Shown: positions 31,376 through 40,990, counted from the stretch's first letter. The stretch: DNA of 64,000 bases from an uncultured archaeon (GCA_938083505.1 CALKCF010000001.1:44539-108538); one strand, 5' to 3'. A program made the numbers and translations. The notes: generated by a model from the letters alone, not told the origin.

Positions 31376-32041
31376 ATGAATAAGTTTGAAGAAGACCTAT
31401 CGAAAATCATTGCACGTATAGGCGACAAGTACGGCAAAGAAGTTATAAATAAACTCCATAACATGTACAAGAAGTTGTGTAAACTGTACGAAGCTAACAT
31501 TGTTAAGATAAATCATTCAGTGATGGAGGTTGTCTGTGCTACTGAGTTAATCGTTAAAGGTTATGATGTAGATGTTGAGTATAGACTCAACGACATACTC
31601 GTGTGCGACGTATATGGAGTAAAAGGTGATGGTAACATTATAATCGAGATAGAGACTGGCTTCGTACCCCCCGAACATGCACTTGACCCAAATACTTACC
31701 TATTAGCTAGGGTTGCCAGCAAGATAGCAAGGTACAGTACCTTCGCAAAAAAGTTTGGTATCGGAACACCGCCGCATAACATCGTTCAGATACCGTACGT
31801 ATTCCTAAAGCCGCCAAGAGACAGGACTGAGAAAGAGGTGCTTTATCTCAAGAAGATCTGCGACCTCTACTACACAAAACCACCTGTTAGTTTTGAAGAA
31901 ATACTCAACGCAAGACTTTGCGTAGTCTATGTGATAAACGTTGACGAAGCGACGGTCAGCGAATTATCACCACAAGAATACTATGAAATGCTCAAACAAG
32001 CGATGAAGGACACAAATACATCTCTATTTGTTCATAAATAA
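31376..32041 (+). CDS. Conserved archaeal hypothetical protein, possible PD-(D/E)XK-like fold
   Basis: 221 aa with host-like composition; H..ME, DVE, CDVYG...IEIETG pattern. Confidence 0.6.
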   Translation: MNKFEEDLSKIIARIGDKYGKEVINKLHNMYKKLCKLYEANIVKINHSVMEVVCATELIVKGYDVDVEYRLNDILVCDVYGVKGDGNIIIEIETGFVPPEHALDPNTYLLARVASKIARYSTFAKKFGIGTPPHNIVQIPYVFLKPPRDRTEKEVLYLKKICDLYYTKPPVSFEEILNARLCVVYVINVDEATVSELSPQEYYEMLKQAMKDTNTSLFVHK

Positions 32042-32051
32042 TGTTTTAAAG

Positions 32052-32268
32052 TCGCGTCGTCTTTCGGAGATGGCAGGCCTCCCTGCTAGGGCACCCCTCC
32101 GTGGGTTTTAATCCCCCAGGTACCCTATGGGCACCTCCCACCCATACCCAGCTTAGGGACGCTGCCAAGGCGGCCTCTGAAGCACTGGGCATGGGTCGGC
32201 GCATACAACATCTGAGGCTTCCCCCAGATGCTGTTTAGCACCGGCCTCTCCTTTTCCGGACGACGCAA
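32052..32268 (-). ncRNA. Unassigned structured RNA, ~215 nt
   Basis: GC-rich segment between AT-rich flanks; ends pair (GCGUCGUC/GACGACGC); at least 4 internal helices with G-U pairs on the minus strand; TATA box 23-30 nt upstream. Confidence 0.75.
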
Positions 32269-32289
32269 ATTGTTGTATAGCTTAATGTT

Positions 32290-32303
32290 AATTTATACAT
32301 TTC
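32290..32303 (-). promoter_or_regulatory. BRE/TATA (GAAATG-TATAAATT) for the minus-strand RNA
   Basis: TATAAATT at 32297-32290 predicts a start at ~32267, the beginning of the terminal helix. Confidence 0.6.
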
Positions 32304-32525
32304 ACTCTAAAATAGTAAAAGCATTACTTCATAATTGTAACGAGGAAAAATGTTTTTGAAAATTTTATTAAAAATAACCATTAATAAAATCTTAAAAGCT
32401 CAATCCAAATTCTAAATTAGCCAAATTCGCAAGATTGTCATATTTTATTTGTAACGTCTTCCTAATTCTTGAAAAATATGACAACAACCTTCTCGAATTA
32501 CCAAATAAATTCTGATCTTGTCGAT

Positions 32526-33596
32526 TTATGCGACTACTTTTACTTTTTCTTTATAAAGACGTCTTCTAAACCAAAGCGCCACGTTTACCAACGAAATCAT
32601 CACGGGAACTTCTATCAAGGGGCCGATAACCGTTGCAAAAGCTTCCTTGGAAGCTAAGCCGAAAACGGATACGGATACGGCTATCGCAAGGTCAAAGTTG
32701 TTGCTCGCGGCCGTAAAAGCCAGGGAAGTGACCCTACTGTAATCAAGGCCTGATTTATAACCAATTAGGAAGGATAGGAGGAACATTATAACAAAGTAGG
32801 AAAGTAGTGGTATTGCCACCCTCACAACGTCCATTGGAAGGGTGATTATGTACTCACCTTTTAAGGAGAACATTACGATGATTGTAAACAACAGGGCAAA
32901 AAGAGATGTTGGTCCAAGTCTTGGCATAAGAATTTTATCATACCATTCTCTTCCTTTCTTTTTAAGGAAATAGAAACGTGTAATAATTCCACCAAAGAAT
33001 GGAATGCCGAGGTATACGAGAACCGACGTAGCAACTTCTATAAAGGATATTTCAACTAACGTGCCAGTGCCAGCAATCCAAGAACTTGCGAGGGTGATAT
33101 AGAAGTAAGCGTAGACGGAATAGAAAGCTGTCTGGAATACCGAGTTTAAGGCGACGAGTATAGCAGCCCACTCCCTATCACCGTCAGCAAGATCGTTCCA
33201 GACGATGACCATAGCTATGCACCTTGCTAAACCCACTAGAATTACGCCATTTCTGAATTCAGGGTAATCTGCGAGGAATACCCATGCAAGAACGAACATA
33301 AGAAACGGGCCCACCAAGTAGTTGAGTATAAGCGACTCTGTAACCATGGTTTTCGAGCCTCCAGCCGTGACGATCTTCCTAAGCTCTTCATACCTTACCT
33401 TGGCAAGGGACGGATACATCATCCAAATTAGACCTATCGCTATAGGGATAGAAGTAGTGCCTATGCTTAACTGGCCCAGTATATCAGCGATACTTGAAAA
33501 GACGTAACCCAAGCTTATGCCGATTATCATTGCTAAAAAAATCCAAAGCGTTAGAAACTTGCTCAAGATTGGGAGGCCAGTTTTTTGTTCGGTCAT
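32526..33596 (-). CDS. acr3: Acr3 arsenite efflux transporter
   Basis: ARCIAMV..WNDLA.GD, ASNNF.LAIA and GPLIEVP. Confidence 0.94.
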   Translation of the reverse strand: MTEQKTGLPILSKFLTLWIFLAMIIGISLGYVFSSIADILGQLSIGTTSIPIAIGLIWMMYPSLAKVRYEELRKIVTAGGSKTMVTESLILNYLVGPFLMFVLAWVFLADYPEFRNGVILVGLARCIAMVIVWNDLADGDREWAAILVALNSVFQTAFYSVYAYFYITLASSWIAGTGTLVEISFIEVATSVLVYLGIPFFGGIITRFYFLKKKGREWYDKILMPRLGPTSLFALLFTIIVMFSLKGEYIITLPMDVVRVAIPLLSYFVIMFLLSFLIGYKSGLDYSRVTSLAFTAASNNFDLAIAVSVSVFGLASKEAFATVIGPLIEVPVMISLVNVALWFRRRLYKEKVKVVA

Positions 33597-33648
33597 ATTA
33601 TGAGCACCAAGACGTTTTAGGAGTTTTTATCAAGAAACAACACTAATA

Positions 33649-33674
33649 ACTATATTATAATACTATATTATAAT
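33649..33674. repeat. Tandem 13-bp duplication (ACTATATTATAAT)x2 upstream of acr3
   Basis: Read directly from sequence; overlaps the palindrome TATTATAATA twice. Confidence 0.6.
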
Positions 33675-33794
33675 ACTTTAAATAAAAATAAAAAATATAT
33701 AAACTCATCATTGAGTTGTTTTTAGATTACGGACTTTAGGAGGAATACTAGGCAGACTTTTGCTTTATGGATATCTTCGTAACTCGGGAAGCTA

Positions 33795-33878
33795 TGCCGG
33801 GGCTGGGATTCGAACCCAGGATGGCCTACGCCAGTGGGTCTTAAGCCCACCCCCTTGACCAGGCTCGGGTACCCCGGC
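33795..33878 (-). tRNA. tRNA-Leu(TAA)
   Basis: GCCGGGG acceptor, GTGGG-CT-TAA-GA-CCCAC anticodon arm, long variable arm, GGTTCGAATCC. Confidence 0.95.
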
Positions 33879-33929
33879 CATCATATTACAATAAAACAAC
33901 AGAGGTGTTATAAGATTTAACTTATGATC

Positions 33930-34694
33930 TTATGCTTGCCGTGTGTAAAGCTCGGTAACCTTTACCCTCTCTATGCCTTGTATATTCTCTTGAATTTCTT
34001 TGGCTATTAGTCTCTTGGCTATCTGTAAGTTTGGCAGAAGATATGCCTCTTCCGGCATAGTGATAACCACTTCCGGTGGTGCAAATTCAATAGTGAATTT
34101 TTGAAGATCCACGTCTGGTAACCTATTATGTATTATCTGCTGGATCTTTTCCTTGTCATTCGTTATGAGTTTCCTTATAGTGACGTTGCAGACGAGTGTC
34201 TTGCCAGCAAGGTATGGGTTAAAGTCCACCTGAACTCTTCCAGAACCTATAGAACGTATTATGCCCTCCTTTCCATCGATGTTGACCTTAGCACCTATGA
34301 CTAGTGGTGTTTCGACGTCCTTAAACCTTCTGATTGGGTAAACCTTAACTTTTGTTGGGTCTCTCTGACCAAAGGCCTTTTCCGGCGATATTTCAAACGT
34401 CTTGGACTCACCAACAGACATTGTGATTAATTCGTCTTCAATTGCCTTGAGCAACATGCCCTTACCGATTATTACTAATCTAGGTTCGTAAAGCCTTGAG
34501 GCATCATAGATGCCTGCCTCCCTCGCTTCCTCCTCTGAAGTTGTATCAACTAGTTCACCAGTTTCTTTTACCCTTATAGTATAGTCTACCAAAAGGAAGC
34601 TGCCTGGAGATAAGCTAGACTTTGTGACCTCTTGTGCCTGCCTCTCGTCAGCACTTTCTTTTTCTTCAGGAGTTTCTAAACCTTCTGGGGACAT
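33930..34694 (-). CDS. slyD: Long-type archaeal FKBP peptidyl-prolyl isomerase
   Basis: VDYT, DTT, PEKAFG.RD and RVQVDFNP.LAGK. Confidence 0.9.
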   Translation of the reverse strand: MSPEGLETPEEKESADERQAQEVTKSSLSPGSFLLVDYTIRVKETGELVDTTSEEEAREAGIYDASRLYEPRLVIIGKGMLLKAIEDELITMSVGESKTFEISPEKAFGQRDPTKVKVYPIRRFKDVETPLVIGAKVNIDGKEGIIRSIGSGRVQVDFNPYLAGKTLVCNVTIRKLITNDKEKIQQIIHNRLPDVDLQKFTIEFAPPEVVITMPEEAYLLPNLQIAKRLIAKEIQENIQGIERVKVTELYTRQA

Positions 34695-34771
34695 CTCTCA
34701 ACTTTTTGCTTAATGGCTTTTATTAAAGTGTTAACATGCAAACATTTTTATTTTGGTAGAATTATAAACCT

Positions 34772-34795
34772 TATGGCTTTATGCATAAAGCCATA
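34772..34795. promoter_or_regulatory. Perfect 24-bp palindrome TATGGCTTTATGCATAAAGCCATA between the divergent FKBP and psmB genes
   Basis: Exact self-complementarity, immediately after TATA-like ATTATAAA (34761-34768). Confidence 0.6.
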
Positions 34796-34816
34796 GAGAA
34801 GTTATTGGACTAATAG

Positions 34817-35497
34817 TTGGTGTCCAAGACGATGTTTGAGTACGAAATGAGTAGAAACAAACTCTTGAAGACTGGGACCACGACAGTAGGTATAGTTGTA
34901 AAAGATGCCGTAGTTTTCGCTACAGACACTAGGGTTACAGCAGGTTATTTTATAGCCCATAAAAAAGGAAAGAAGGTATTCCCATTAGCGGACCATGTAG
35001 CGATAACGATTGCGGGTAGGGTCGCTGATGCACAAAACATTATAGACGTACTCCGCACTAACATCAACTATTATCAGATCCAATGGACAAGACGTATGGA
35101 GATAGCGTCTGTAGCTAGGCTCGCCTCAAACATTCTATTCAATAATAGGTACTTCCCATTAATAGCACAGTTGATAATAGGTGGTGTGGATGACCAAGGA
35201 CCACATCTATATAACCTAGACCCAACGGGCTCTATGACCGAGGAGCTTATGATCGCAACAGGCTCAGGCTCCCCTATCGCATATGGCATAATCGAGTCGA
35301 GCTACAGACCAGACTTAAAGCTTGAGGATGGTATTAAGTTAGCCTTTAAGAGTGTTGCGTCAGCTATCAAGAGGGATATTGGCACAGGGGACAGTATTGA
35401 CGTTGTGTATATTACTACTACCAAACCATATACCGAGTTAACACTCGAAGAGAAGTTACCACTTTATGAGGAGTTTCTGAAAGTCAGTGTTAAATAA
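34817..35497 (+). CDS. psmB: Proteasome beta subunit
   Basis: Propeptide followed by TG/TTTVG, D.R.T, GSGS and RD..TG. Confidence 0.95.
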   Translation: MVSKTMFEYEMSRNKLLKTGTTTVGIVVKDAVVFATDTRVTAGYFIAHKKGKKVFPLADHVAITIAGRVADAQNIIDVLRTNINYYQIQWTRRMEIASVARLASNILFNNRYFPLIAQLIIGGVDDQGPHLYNLDPTGSMTEELMIATGSGSPIAYGIIESSYRPDLKLEDGIKLAFKSVASAIKRDIGTGDSIDVVYITTTKPYTELTLEEKLPLYEEFLKVSVK

Positions 35498-35517
35498 AAT
35501 AGTCCAGGTGCAATAGG

Positions 35518-37419
35518 TTGAGTGCAGCAGATAGGCTCAGAGCAGAGATATTAAGATATTTCTCTGTAGTTAGCCCTAGGGAGGCGGCTATTACAAAAGT
35601 TGAGTACGAAGGGACGAGGCTCGCTATATACACTAAGAATCCTGAGTTGTTCGCGGAAAGGGACCAGATCGCAAAAGACCTCGTGAACATGCTTAAGAAA
35701 CGCGTGATCATAAGGTCCGACCCAGCAATAAGATTGCCTCAGGAGGAAGTGGAAAAGATGCTCAAATCAACCTTTGGCGAAGATGCCACTGTCTTCTTCG
35801 ATGATATTTTAGGGGAAGCTATAGTTGAAGTTAAGGAGCTTAACACCAACAAAAATGGGGAGAAAATCAAGAATGTTTGTAAGGTAACGGGTTGGCATGT
35901 AAAAGTATTAAGGAAAACGTTAATACCTTCAAAGACAATCGAGAAGATTAACCAATACCTTTATAAAGATTCGGATAAGAGGCTCGGCATATTAAGAACA
36001 ATAGGTGAAAGAGTATTTGCAACACAAACTTTTAGAACCAGCGACGTAACGCTCACAACACTCGGCTCCGGAAGGCAAGTTGGAAGGTCCGCCATATTGC
36101 TTCAGACCAATGAGAGCAAGATATTGTTGGACTGTGGTGTTGCCCTTGGTGCTGTAAGCAAGCTCGATATGTTACCTAGATTTGATGCCTACCCTTCAAT
36201 CTTTAATGAACTTGATGCCGTAATAGCAACACATGCACACCTCGACCACACTGGCGCCATACCTTACCTGTTCAAGTATGGTTACAGAGGGCCTGTTTAT
36301 TGTACTGAACCAACATTGCCTCTTATGACTATGGAGCAGTTAGACTTTATTAATGTCGCAGAAAAGGAGGGGTTATTTCCGCTATACAATGAGAATGACG
36401 TAAAAACGGCAGTCCAGCATACTATAACCCTAAAATACGGTAGCGTTACAAGCGTAACACCAGATATAAGGGTAACAATGTACAATGCTGGACACATACT
36501 GGGCTCTTCAGTTGTTCATATACATATAGGTGAGGGGCTATACAACATCGTTTACACTAGCGACTTTAAATTTGAAAAGAGTAGGACACTAGATGCATGT
36601 GTTCATAAATTCTTAAGGGCAGAGACCTTGATAATGGAGAGCACGTATGGTGCGACGCCCCTACCATTTACTAGAGAAGAAAGCGAGGCATTGTTGGCCG
36701 GCTATATAAAGCAGACGGTAGAGGCTGGTGGGAAAGTGCTGATACCCGTACCGGCCGTCGGTAGAGCTCAAGAGATAATGCTCGTCCTTAATGATCTTTT
36801 AAACTCAAAGAGTATACCAGAAGTACCCATTTACTTAGATGGTCTCGTCATAGAGGCAACTGCGATATACACAGCATTTCCTGAATATGTTTCTCAGGAG
36901 CTGCAGGCTGTTATGGAATCTCAGGGTAATGTGTTTATGTCAGAGTACTTCACGCCGATAAAGAGCCATTCGCAAAGAAATGAAGCACTAAACGCTGAAG
37001 GGCCCGCCATTGTGATTTCCACGTCAGGAATGCTAGAAGGTGGGCCGGTACTGAACTATTTAAAAGAGTTTGCAGGTGATGAAAAAAACATGTTAATATT
37101 TGTCAGCTACCAGGTTGAGGGAACTTTGGGTAGAAAGTTGCTCAAGGGCATAAGGGAAGTGTCGTTTATAGATGAGAGGGGTAAGACTGAGGTTTTTAAC
37201 GTTAAGCTACGCATAGAAAAGGTAGACGGATTCTCTGGACATTCTAGTAGACAACAATTACTGAACTATCTGAAGAAGTTCACGCCGAAGCCAAAGAACG
37301 TAATATTATTACATGGTGAGGTCAAAGCTATCGAGAGTCTAGCAGAATCCGCCTCAAAGATCGTTACAGCAAACATCTGCATGCCAAAGAATCTTGAAAC
37401 CATATCACTTTTTGGTTAA
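35518..37419 (+). CDS. fttA: aCPSF1 / FttA KH-beta-CASP ribonuclease (transcription termination factor)
   Basis: N-terminal KH region, HAHLDH, AGHILGS, MESTYG, SGML.GG and FSGH; psmB synteny. Confidence 0.93.
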   Translation: MSAADRLRAEILRYFSVVSPREAAITKVEYEGTRLAIYTKNPELFAERDQIAKDLVNMLKKRVIIRSDPAIRLPQEEVEKMLKSTFGEDATVFFDDILGEAIVEVKELNTNKNGEKIKNVCKVTGWHVKVLRKTLIPSKTIEKINQYLYKDSDKRLGILRTIGERVFATQTFRTSDVTLTTLGSGRQVGRSAILLQTNESKILLDCGVALGAVSKLDMLPRFDAYPSIFNELDAVIATHAHLDHTGAIPYLFKYGYRGPVYCTEPTLPLMTMEQLDFINVAEKEGLFPLYNENDVKTAVQHTITLKYGSVTSVTPDIRVTMYNAGHILGSSVVHIHIGEGLYNIVYTSDFKFEKSRTLDACVHKFLRAETLIMESTYGATPLPFTREESEALLAGYIKQTVEAGGKVLIPVPAVGRAQEIMLVLNDLLNSKSIPEVPIYLDGLVIEATAIYTAFPEYVSQELQAVMESQGNVFMSEYFTPIKSHSQRNEALNAEGPAIVISTSGMLEGGPVLNYLKEFAGDEKNMLIFVSYQVEGTLGRKLLKGIREVSFIDERGKTEVFNVKLRIEKVDGFSGHSSRQQLLNYLKKFTPKPKNVILLHGEVKAIESLAESASKIVTANICMPKNLETISLFG

Positions 37420-37498
37420 ATAATTGGCGCTCGAACGATAAATTTAAATTATTAAAAGAAACATCAGAAAAATCAGAAGACAAGAGGTTGTGTGAGGT

Positions 37499-37732
37499 AT
37501 GTCTGGCGACATATCACTAAAAGTTCTTTCCAAAAGTCTAGGCGAAAAAGTTCTAGTAAAGCTTAGGAATGGTAAGCTGATCAGAGGCCTACTTCAGGGT
37601 TATGACCAACATCTAAACTTAGTCCTCGAAAATGCTGAGGAAGTCATAGATCAGAACAACAGTAATCAGATAGGAACCATAGTCGTAAGGGGAGATAACA
37701 TAATAATGATAAGCACAAGCCCTAAGGAATAG
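37499..37732 (+). CDS. Sm-like protein (SmAP1)
   Basis: G.L.GYDQHLNLVL and VRGDNI; precedes L37e. Confidence 0.93.
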   Translation: MSGDISLKVLSKSLGEKVLVKLRNGKLIRGLLQGYDQHLNLVLENAEEVIDQNNSNQIGTIVVRGDNIIMISTSPKE

Positions 37733-37777
37733 CGTGATAAACTTATTAGCAAGGATTTTAATGTTGTTGAGTATAGT

Positions 37778-37954
37778 ATGGTAAAGGGTACACCCTCCTT
37801 CGGAAAGCGAAATAAGCCGGTGCATATACGCTGTAGGAGGTGTGGACGTAGATCGTTTCATGTTTCTAAGAAACGGTGCGCTGCCTGCGGCTTTGGTGCT
37901 TCAAAAAAGCTAAGGTCCTACACGTGGTTAAAACCGTTAAAAATGAAGACTTGA
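37778..37954 (+). CDS. rpl37e: 50S ribosomal protein L37e (58 aa, not in the ORF track)
   Basis: Manual translation [40 protein letters not shown]... Confidence 0.95.
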   Translation: MVKGTPSFGKRNKPVHIRCRRCGRRSFHVSKKRCAACGFGASKKLRSYTWLKPLKMKT

Positions 37955-37995
37955 AGAAAAACTTTAAACACTACGAACGATTTCGCCTATAATTG

Positions 37996-38086
37996 GGGCC
38001 GGTAGATCAGCGGAAGATCGCGCGCCTGGCGACTCTGTTTTTGGCTGGATTGCGCGAGGTCCGGGGTTCGAATCCCCGCCGGTCCA
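37996..38086 (+). tRNA. tRNA-Ala(GGC) with 19-nt intron at 37/38 (38032-38050)
   Basis: GGGCCGG/CCGGTCC-A acceptor with G3:U70; CGCGC-CT-GGC-G[intron]T-GCGCG. Confidence 0.88.
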
Positions 38087-38104
38087 TTATAAATTATTAA
38101 CCTC

Positions 38105-39073
38105 CTATGCTTTCGTAAAATCGTAAAGATGACACTTAACAAGATGTCCAGAGCTTATTTCCAACATAAATGGCTCCACTTTATCGCAAATTTCTAACCT
38201 TTCGGGGCATCTTGGATGGAAACTGCAACCTGGAGGTACGTTCAGAGCTCCTGGAATTTCACCAGTCGAGATTATCTTCTTTGGCTTCATTGCCTCTTCC
38301 TCGTCCGTTATTACGGGTATGGATGACAGGAGCATCTTCGTGTATGGGTGTAGTGGGTTATAGAAGAATTCTTCAGTTGATGCAAGTTCCACAATTTTAC
38401 CTAAGTACATTATGGCTACACGTGAAGCAACATTTCTCATTAAGCTCAAGTTGTGCGTTATGAATAGGTAAGACAAGTTAAACTCTTTCTGGAACCTCAT
38501 AAGCATGTTTATGATTTTTGCTTGAATCGATACATCAAGGGCCGACGTTGGTTCGTCTAATATTATGAATGATGGGTTTACAGCTAAAGCCCTAGCTATT
38601 GCAACCATTTGTTTCTCACCACCGCCCAGCTCTGTGGGATACCTATCCATATATTCGACTGGAAGCTCAACCATTTGCAATAACTCAGCCACTTTTTGGG
38701 AAGTATCACCATGACATATATCGTGAACTTTTAAGGGTAGCTCTATTATCTGCTTTATAGTTCTCTTTGGATTAAGTGAAGTTGCAGGATCTTGGAAGAC
38801 CATTTGAATTTTCTTTTTTAAGGAAAGTGGCCTCCTTTCGACTCCCGCGGAAATATCTGCTCCTTCAAATAGAATCCTACCTGATGTCGGTGCATAGAGT
38901 CCGACTATGACATGTCCCGTCGTACTCTTTCCTGAGCCTGACTCGCCTACGAGACCGAATGTTTCACCATACTTGACGGTAAAGCTGATGTCATCAACCG
39001 CTTTAATTGTACCTTTGCTGACTTTGAAATATTTTTTAAGGTTTATAACTTCTAATATGTTATCGTTCGACAT
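38105..39073 (-). CDS. Peptide ABC transporter ATPase (OppF/DppF)
   Basis: GESGSGKS, DEPTSALD, HPYT and C-terminal Cys cluster. Confidence 0.92.
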   Translation of the reverse strand: MSNDNILEVINLKKYFKVSKGTIKAVDDISFTVKYGETFGLVGESGSGKSTTGHVIVGLYAPTSGRILFEGADISAGVERRPLSLKKKIQMVFQDPATSLNPKRTIKQIIELPLKVHDICHGDTSQKVAELLQMVELPVEYMDRYPTELGGGEKQMVAIARALAVNPSFIILDEPTSALDVSIQAKIINMLMRFQKEFNLSYLFITHNLSLMRNVASRVAIMYLGKIVELASTEEFFYNPLHPYTKMLLSSIPVITDEEEAMKPKKIISTGEIPGALNVPPGCSFHPRCPERLEICDKVEPFMLEISSGHLVKCHLYDFTKA

Positions 39074-39075
39074 GT

Positions 39076-40056
39076 TTACTCACCATAAAGGAAACATGCT
39101 ACTTCGTGATTGTTTCCTGCGTTTACCATTCTTGGCTGCTTTCTTTCACATATTGGCATCGCATGTACACAACGTGTAATAAACCTGCAACCTAAGGGCG
39201 GGTTCATGTAATCTGGAACTCTGCCCTTAATTCCTTCAGGGATGCCTCCACCCGTCAACTTGGGTACAGCAGCAAGAAGACCCTTTGTGTATGGATGGAG
39301 TGGTTCATGGAATAAGTCAAACGTTCTTGCAGATTCGACAATGCACCCAGCATACATGACATAAACCCTATCCACGAAACCTTTAACGGCACCAAGCGCA
39401 TGACTGATGAGTATAATTGAAGTACGCCTCTCTTCTACTATCTGCTTCAATAGTCTTAAGATTTGATCTTCTATCGTAACGTCGAGTGATGTGCCAGGTT
39501 CATCTGCTATTAACAATTCACGTGCGGATGCAAGTGCCATGGCTATGCATACTCTTTGCCTCATACCTCCACTGAGCTGAAATGGATAACTATCAAGTAT
39601 TCTTTCGGGTTCTGGGAGTGCAGCTTCCCTCAAGAGCCTAATCGCCTCTTCTTCTATTTCTTTTTTTGAGAGATTTTTTCCCATCTCGAGATTTGCGTAC
39701 TTAACGACGTCGAAAATCTGGTCTCTTATTTTGAATACTGGGTTCAATGCTGCAGTTGGGTCTTGGAATATCATGGATATGCTGCTCCTCCTGAGCTTTT
39801 TTAATTCGCTGTCATTCATTTTCATGACGTCCTTTCCCTTAAAGTATATCTTAGCTTTCGGTACTATGGCATTCCAAGGAAGAATCCTTATTATCGCTTT
39901 CATCGTCGTGGTCTTACCACAACCCGATTCTCCTATCAGCCCCACCTTCTCTTTTTCATTCACCGTTAGGGTAACATCATTTAAAACTTTCAGTATACCA
40001 CCATAAACCTTGAAATGAACTTGGAGTTCCTTAACGTTTAGTAGAGTGTTGTTCAT
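39076..40056 (-). CDS. Peptide ABC transporter ATPase (OppD/DppD)
   Basis: GESGCGKT, LSGGMRQR and HPYT. Confidence 0.92.
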   Translation of the reverse strand: MNNTLLNVKELQVHFKVYGGILKVLNDVTLTVNEKEKVGLIGESGCGKTTTMKAIIRILPWNAIVPKAKIYFKGKDVMKMNDSELKKLRRSSISMIFQDPTAALNPVFKIRDQIFDVVKYANLEMGKNLSKKEIEEEAIRLLREAALPEPERILDSYPFQLSGGMRQRVCIAMALASARELLIADEPGTSLDVTIEDQILRLLKQIVEERRTSIILISHALGAVKGFVDRVYVMYAGCIVESARTFDLFHEPLHPYTKGLLAAVPKLTGGGIPEGIKGRVPDYMNPPLGCRFITRCVHAMPICERKQPRMVNAGNNHEVACFLYGE

Positions 40057-40078
40057 ATTTTAACACTCTCACATTTAC

Positions 40079-40987
40079 TCAATGAGCCTCAGCCGCGAAT
40101 ACATCTCTAATACCATCACCTAATAGATTAAAGCCAAGTACTATTACCGCTATCGCGATCGCGGGGAACACTGTTATCCACCATATGCCCGGCATATACT
40201 TTGCTCCATCCGATAACATCGTTCCAAGGTCAGGTGTCGGAGGTTGTGCTCCAAGTCCCACGAAGCTAAGGGCTGAACCAAGAATGATTACCCAAGCAGC
40301 ATCAAGTGTGACCTTAGTTAATATAGCTCCAAGACAGTTCGGTAAAATCTCTTTAAACATTATGTGGAATTTGCTTGCACCGACTATCTCAGCTGCCTGA
40401 ACAAATGGTTCCATGCGTAACGATGATGCCATACCGTACACAAGTCTGGTATACCATGGCCACCACATAAGCGACACCGCCATCATGGCATTAAATATGT
40501 TCGGCTCTAACACCGAGCATATGGCAAGAGCTAAGACGAGTGGGGGGACTGCGACGAATATGTCTGCAACTCTCATTATAACTATGTCTGGCCATCTATC
40601 TCTATAATATCCAGCTATCAAACCAAGTATCACACCAGGTGGTGTGACTATGGCTAAGACTGTTGCTGCCATCATGAGTGAGTACCTGAAACCAAAAATT
40701 ATCCTCGTAAGCACATCCCTCCCAAACTGATCTGTACCAAATGGGTGAGCTAAGCTTGGGGGCTGGTTTGCGTTATCGTAGTCTACGAAAAAGCCAGCAT
40801 GATGGGGATACGGTGTTACATATGGTGCCAAGATGGCAAGGGCAACCACTAAAATGACAATCGCTAGGCCCGCAATAGAAAGCGGATTTCTAGAAAATTT
40901 ATACCACGCTTTTTTGTAATCCTCAGCTTTCCTTGGTGATAGGACGCCTAATTCCTTCAATTTTTCTAACAAAAACATGATACACAT
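40079..40987 (-). CDS. Peptide ABC transporter permease (DppC)
   Basis: HPFGTD..GRD, EAA-like loop and LSFVGLG. Confidence 0.92.
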   Translation of the reverse strand: MCIMFLLEKLKELGVLSPRKAEDYKKAWYKFSRNPLSIAGLAIVILVVALAILAPYVTPYPHHAGFFVDYDNANQPPSLAHPFGTDQFGRDVLTRIIFGFRYSLMMAATVLAIVTPPGVILGLIAGYYRDRWPDIVIMRVADIFVAVPPLVLALAICSVLEPNIFNAMMAVSLMWWPWYTRLVYGMASSLRMEPFVQAAEIVGASKFHIMFKEILPNCLGAILTKVTLDAAWVIILGSALSFVGLGAQPPTPDLGTMLSDGAKYMPGIWWITVFPAIAIAVIVLGFNLLGDGIRDVFAAEAH

Positions 40988-40990
40988 TGA

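Noticed and set aside
32052-32268. Identification of the RNA as RNase P, SRP, 5S, lysine or cobalamin riboswitch
   Set aside because: Only short resemblances (CUAAGCUGGG, GCGCCGA, CCUGCCAU); the core conserved motifs are absent and there is no co-oriented downstream gene.
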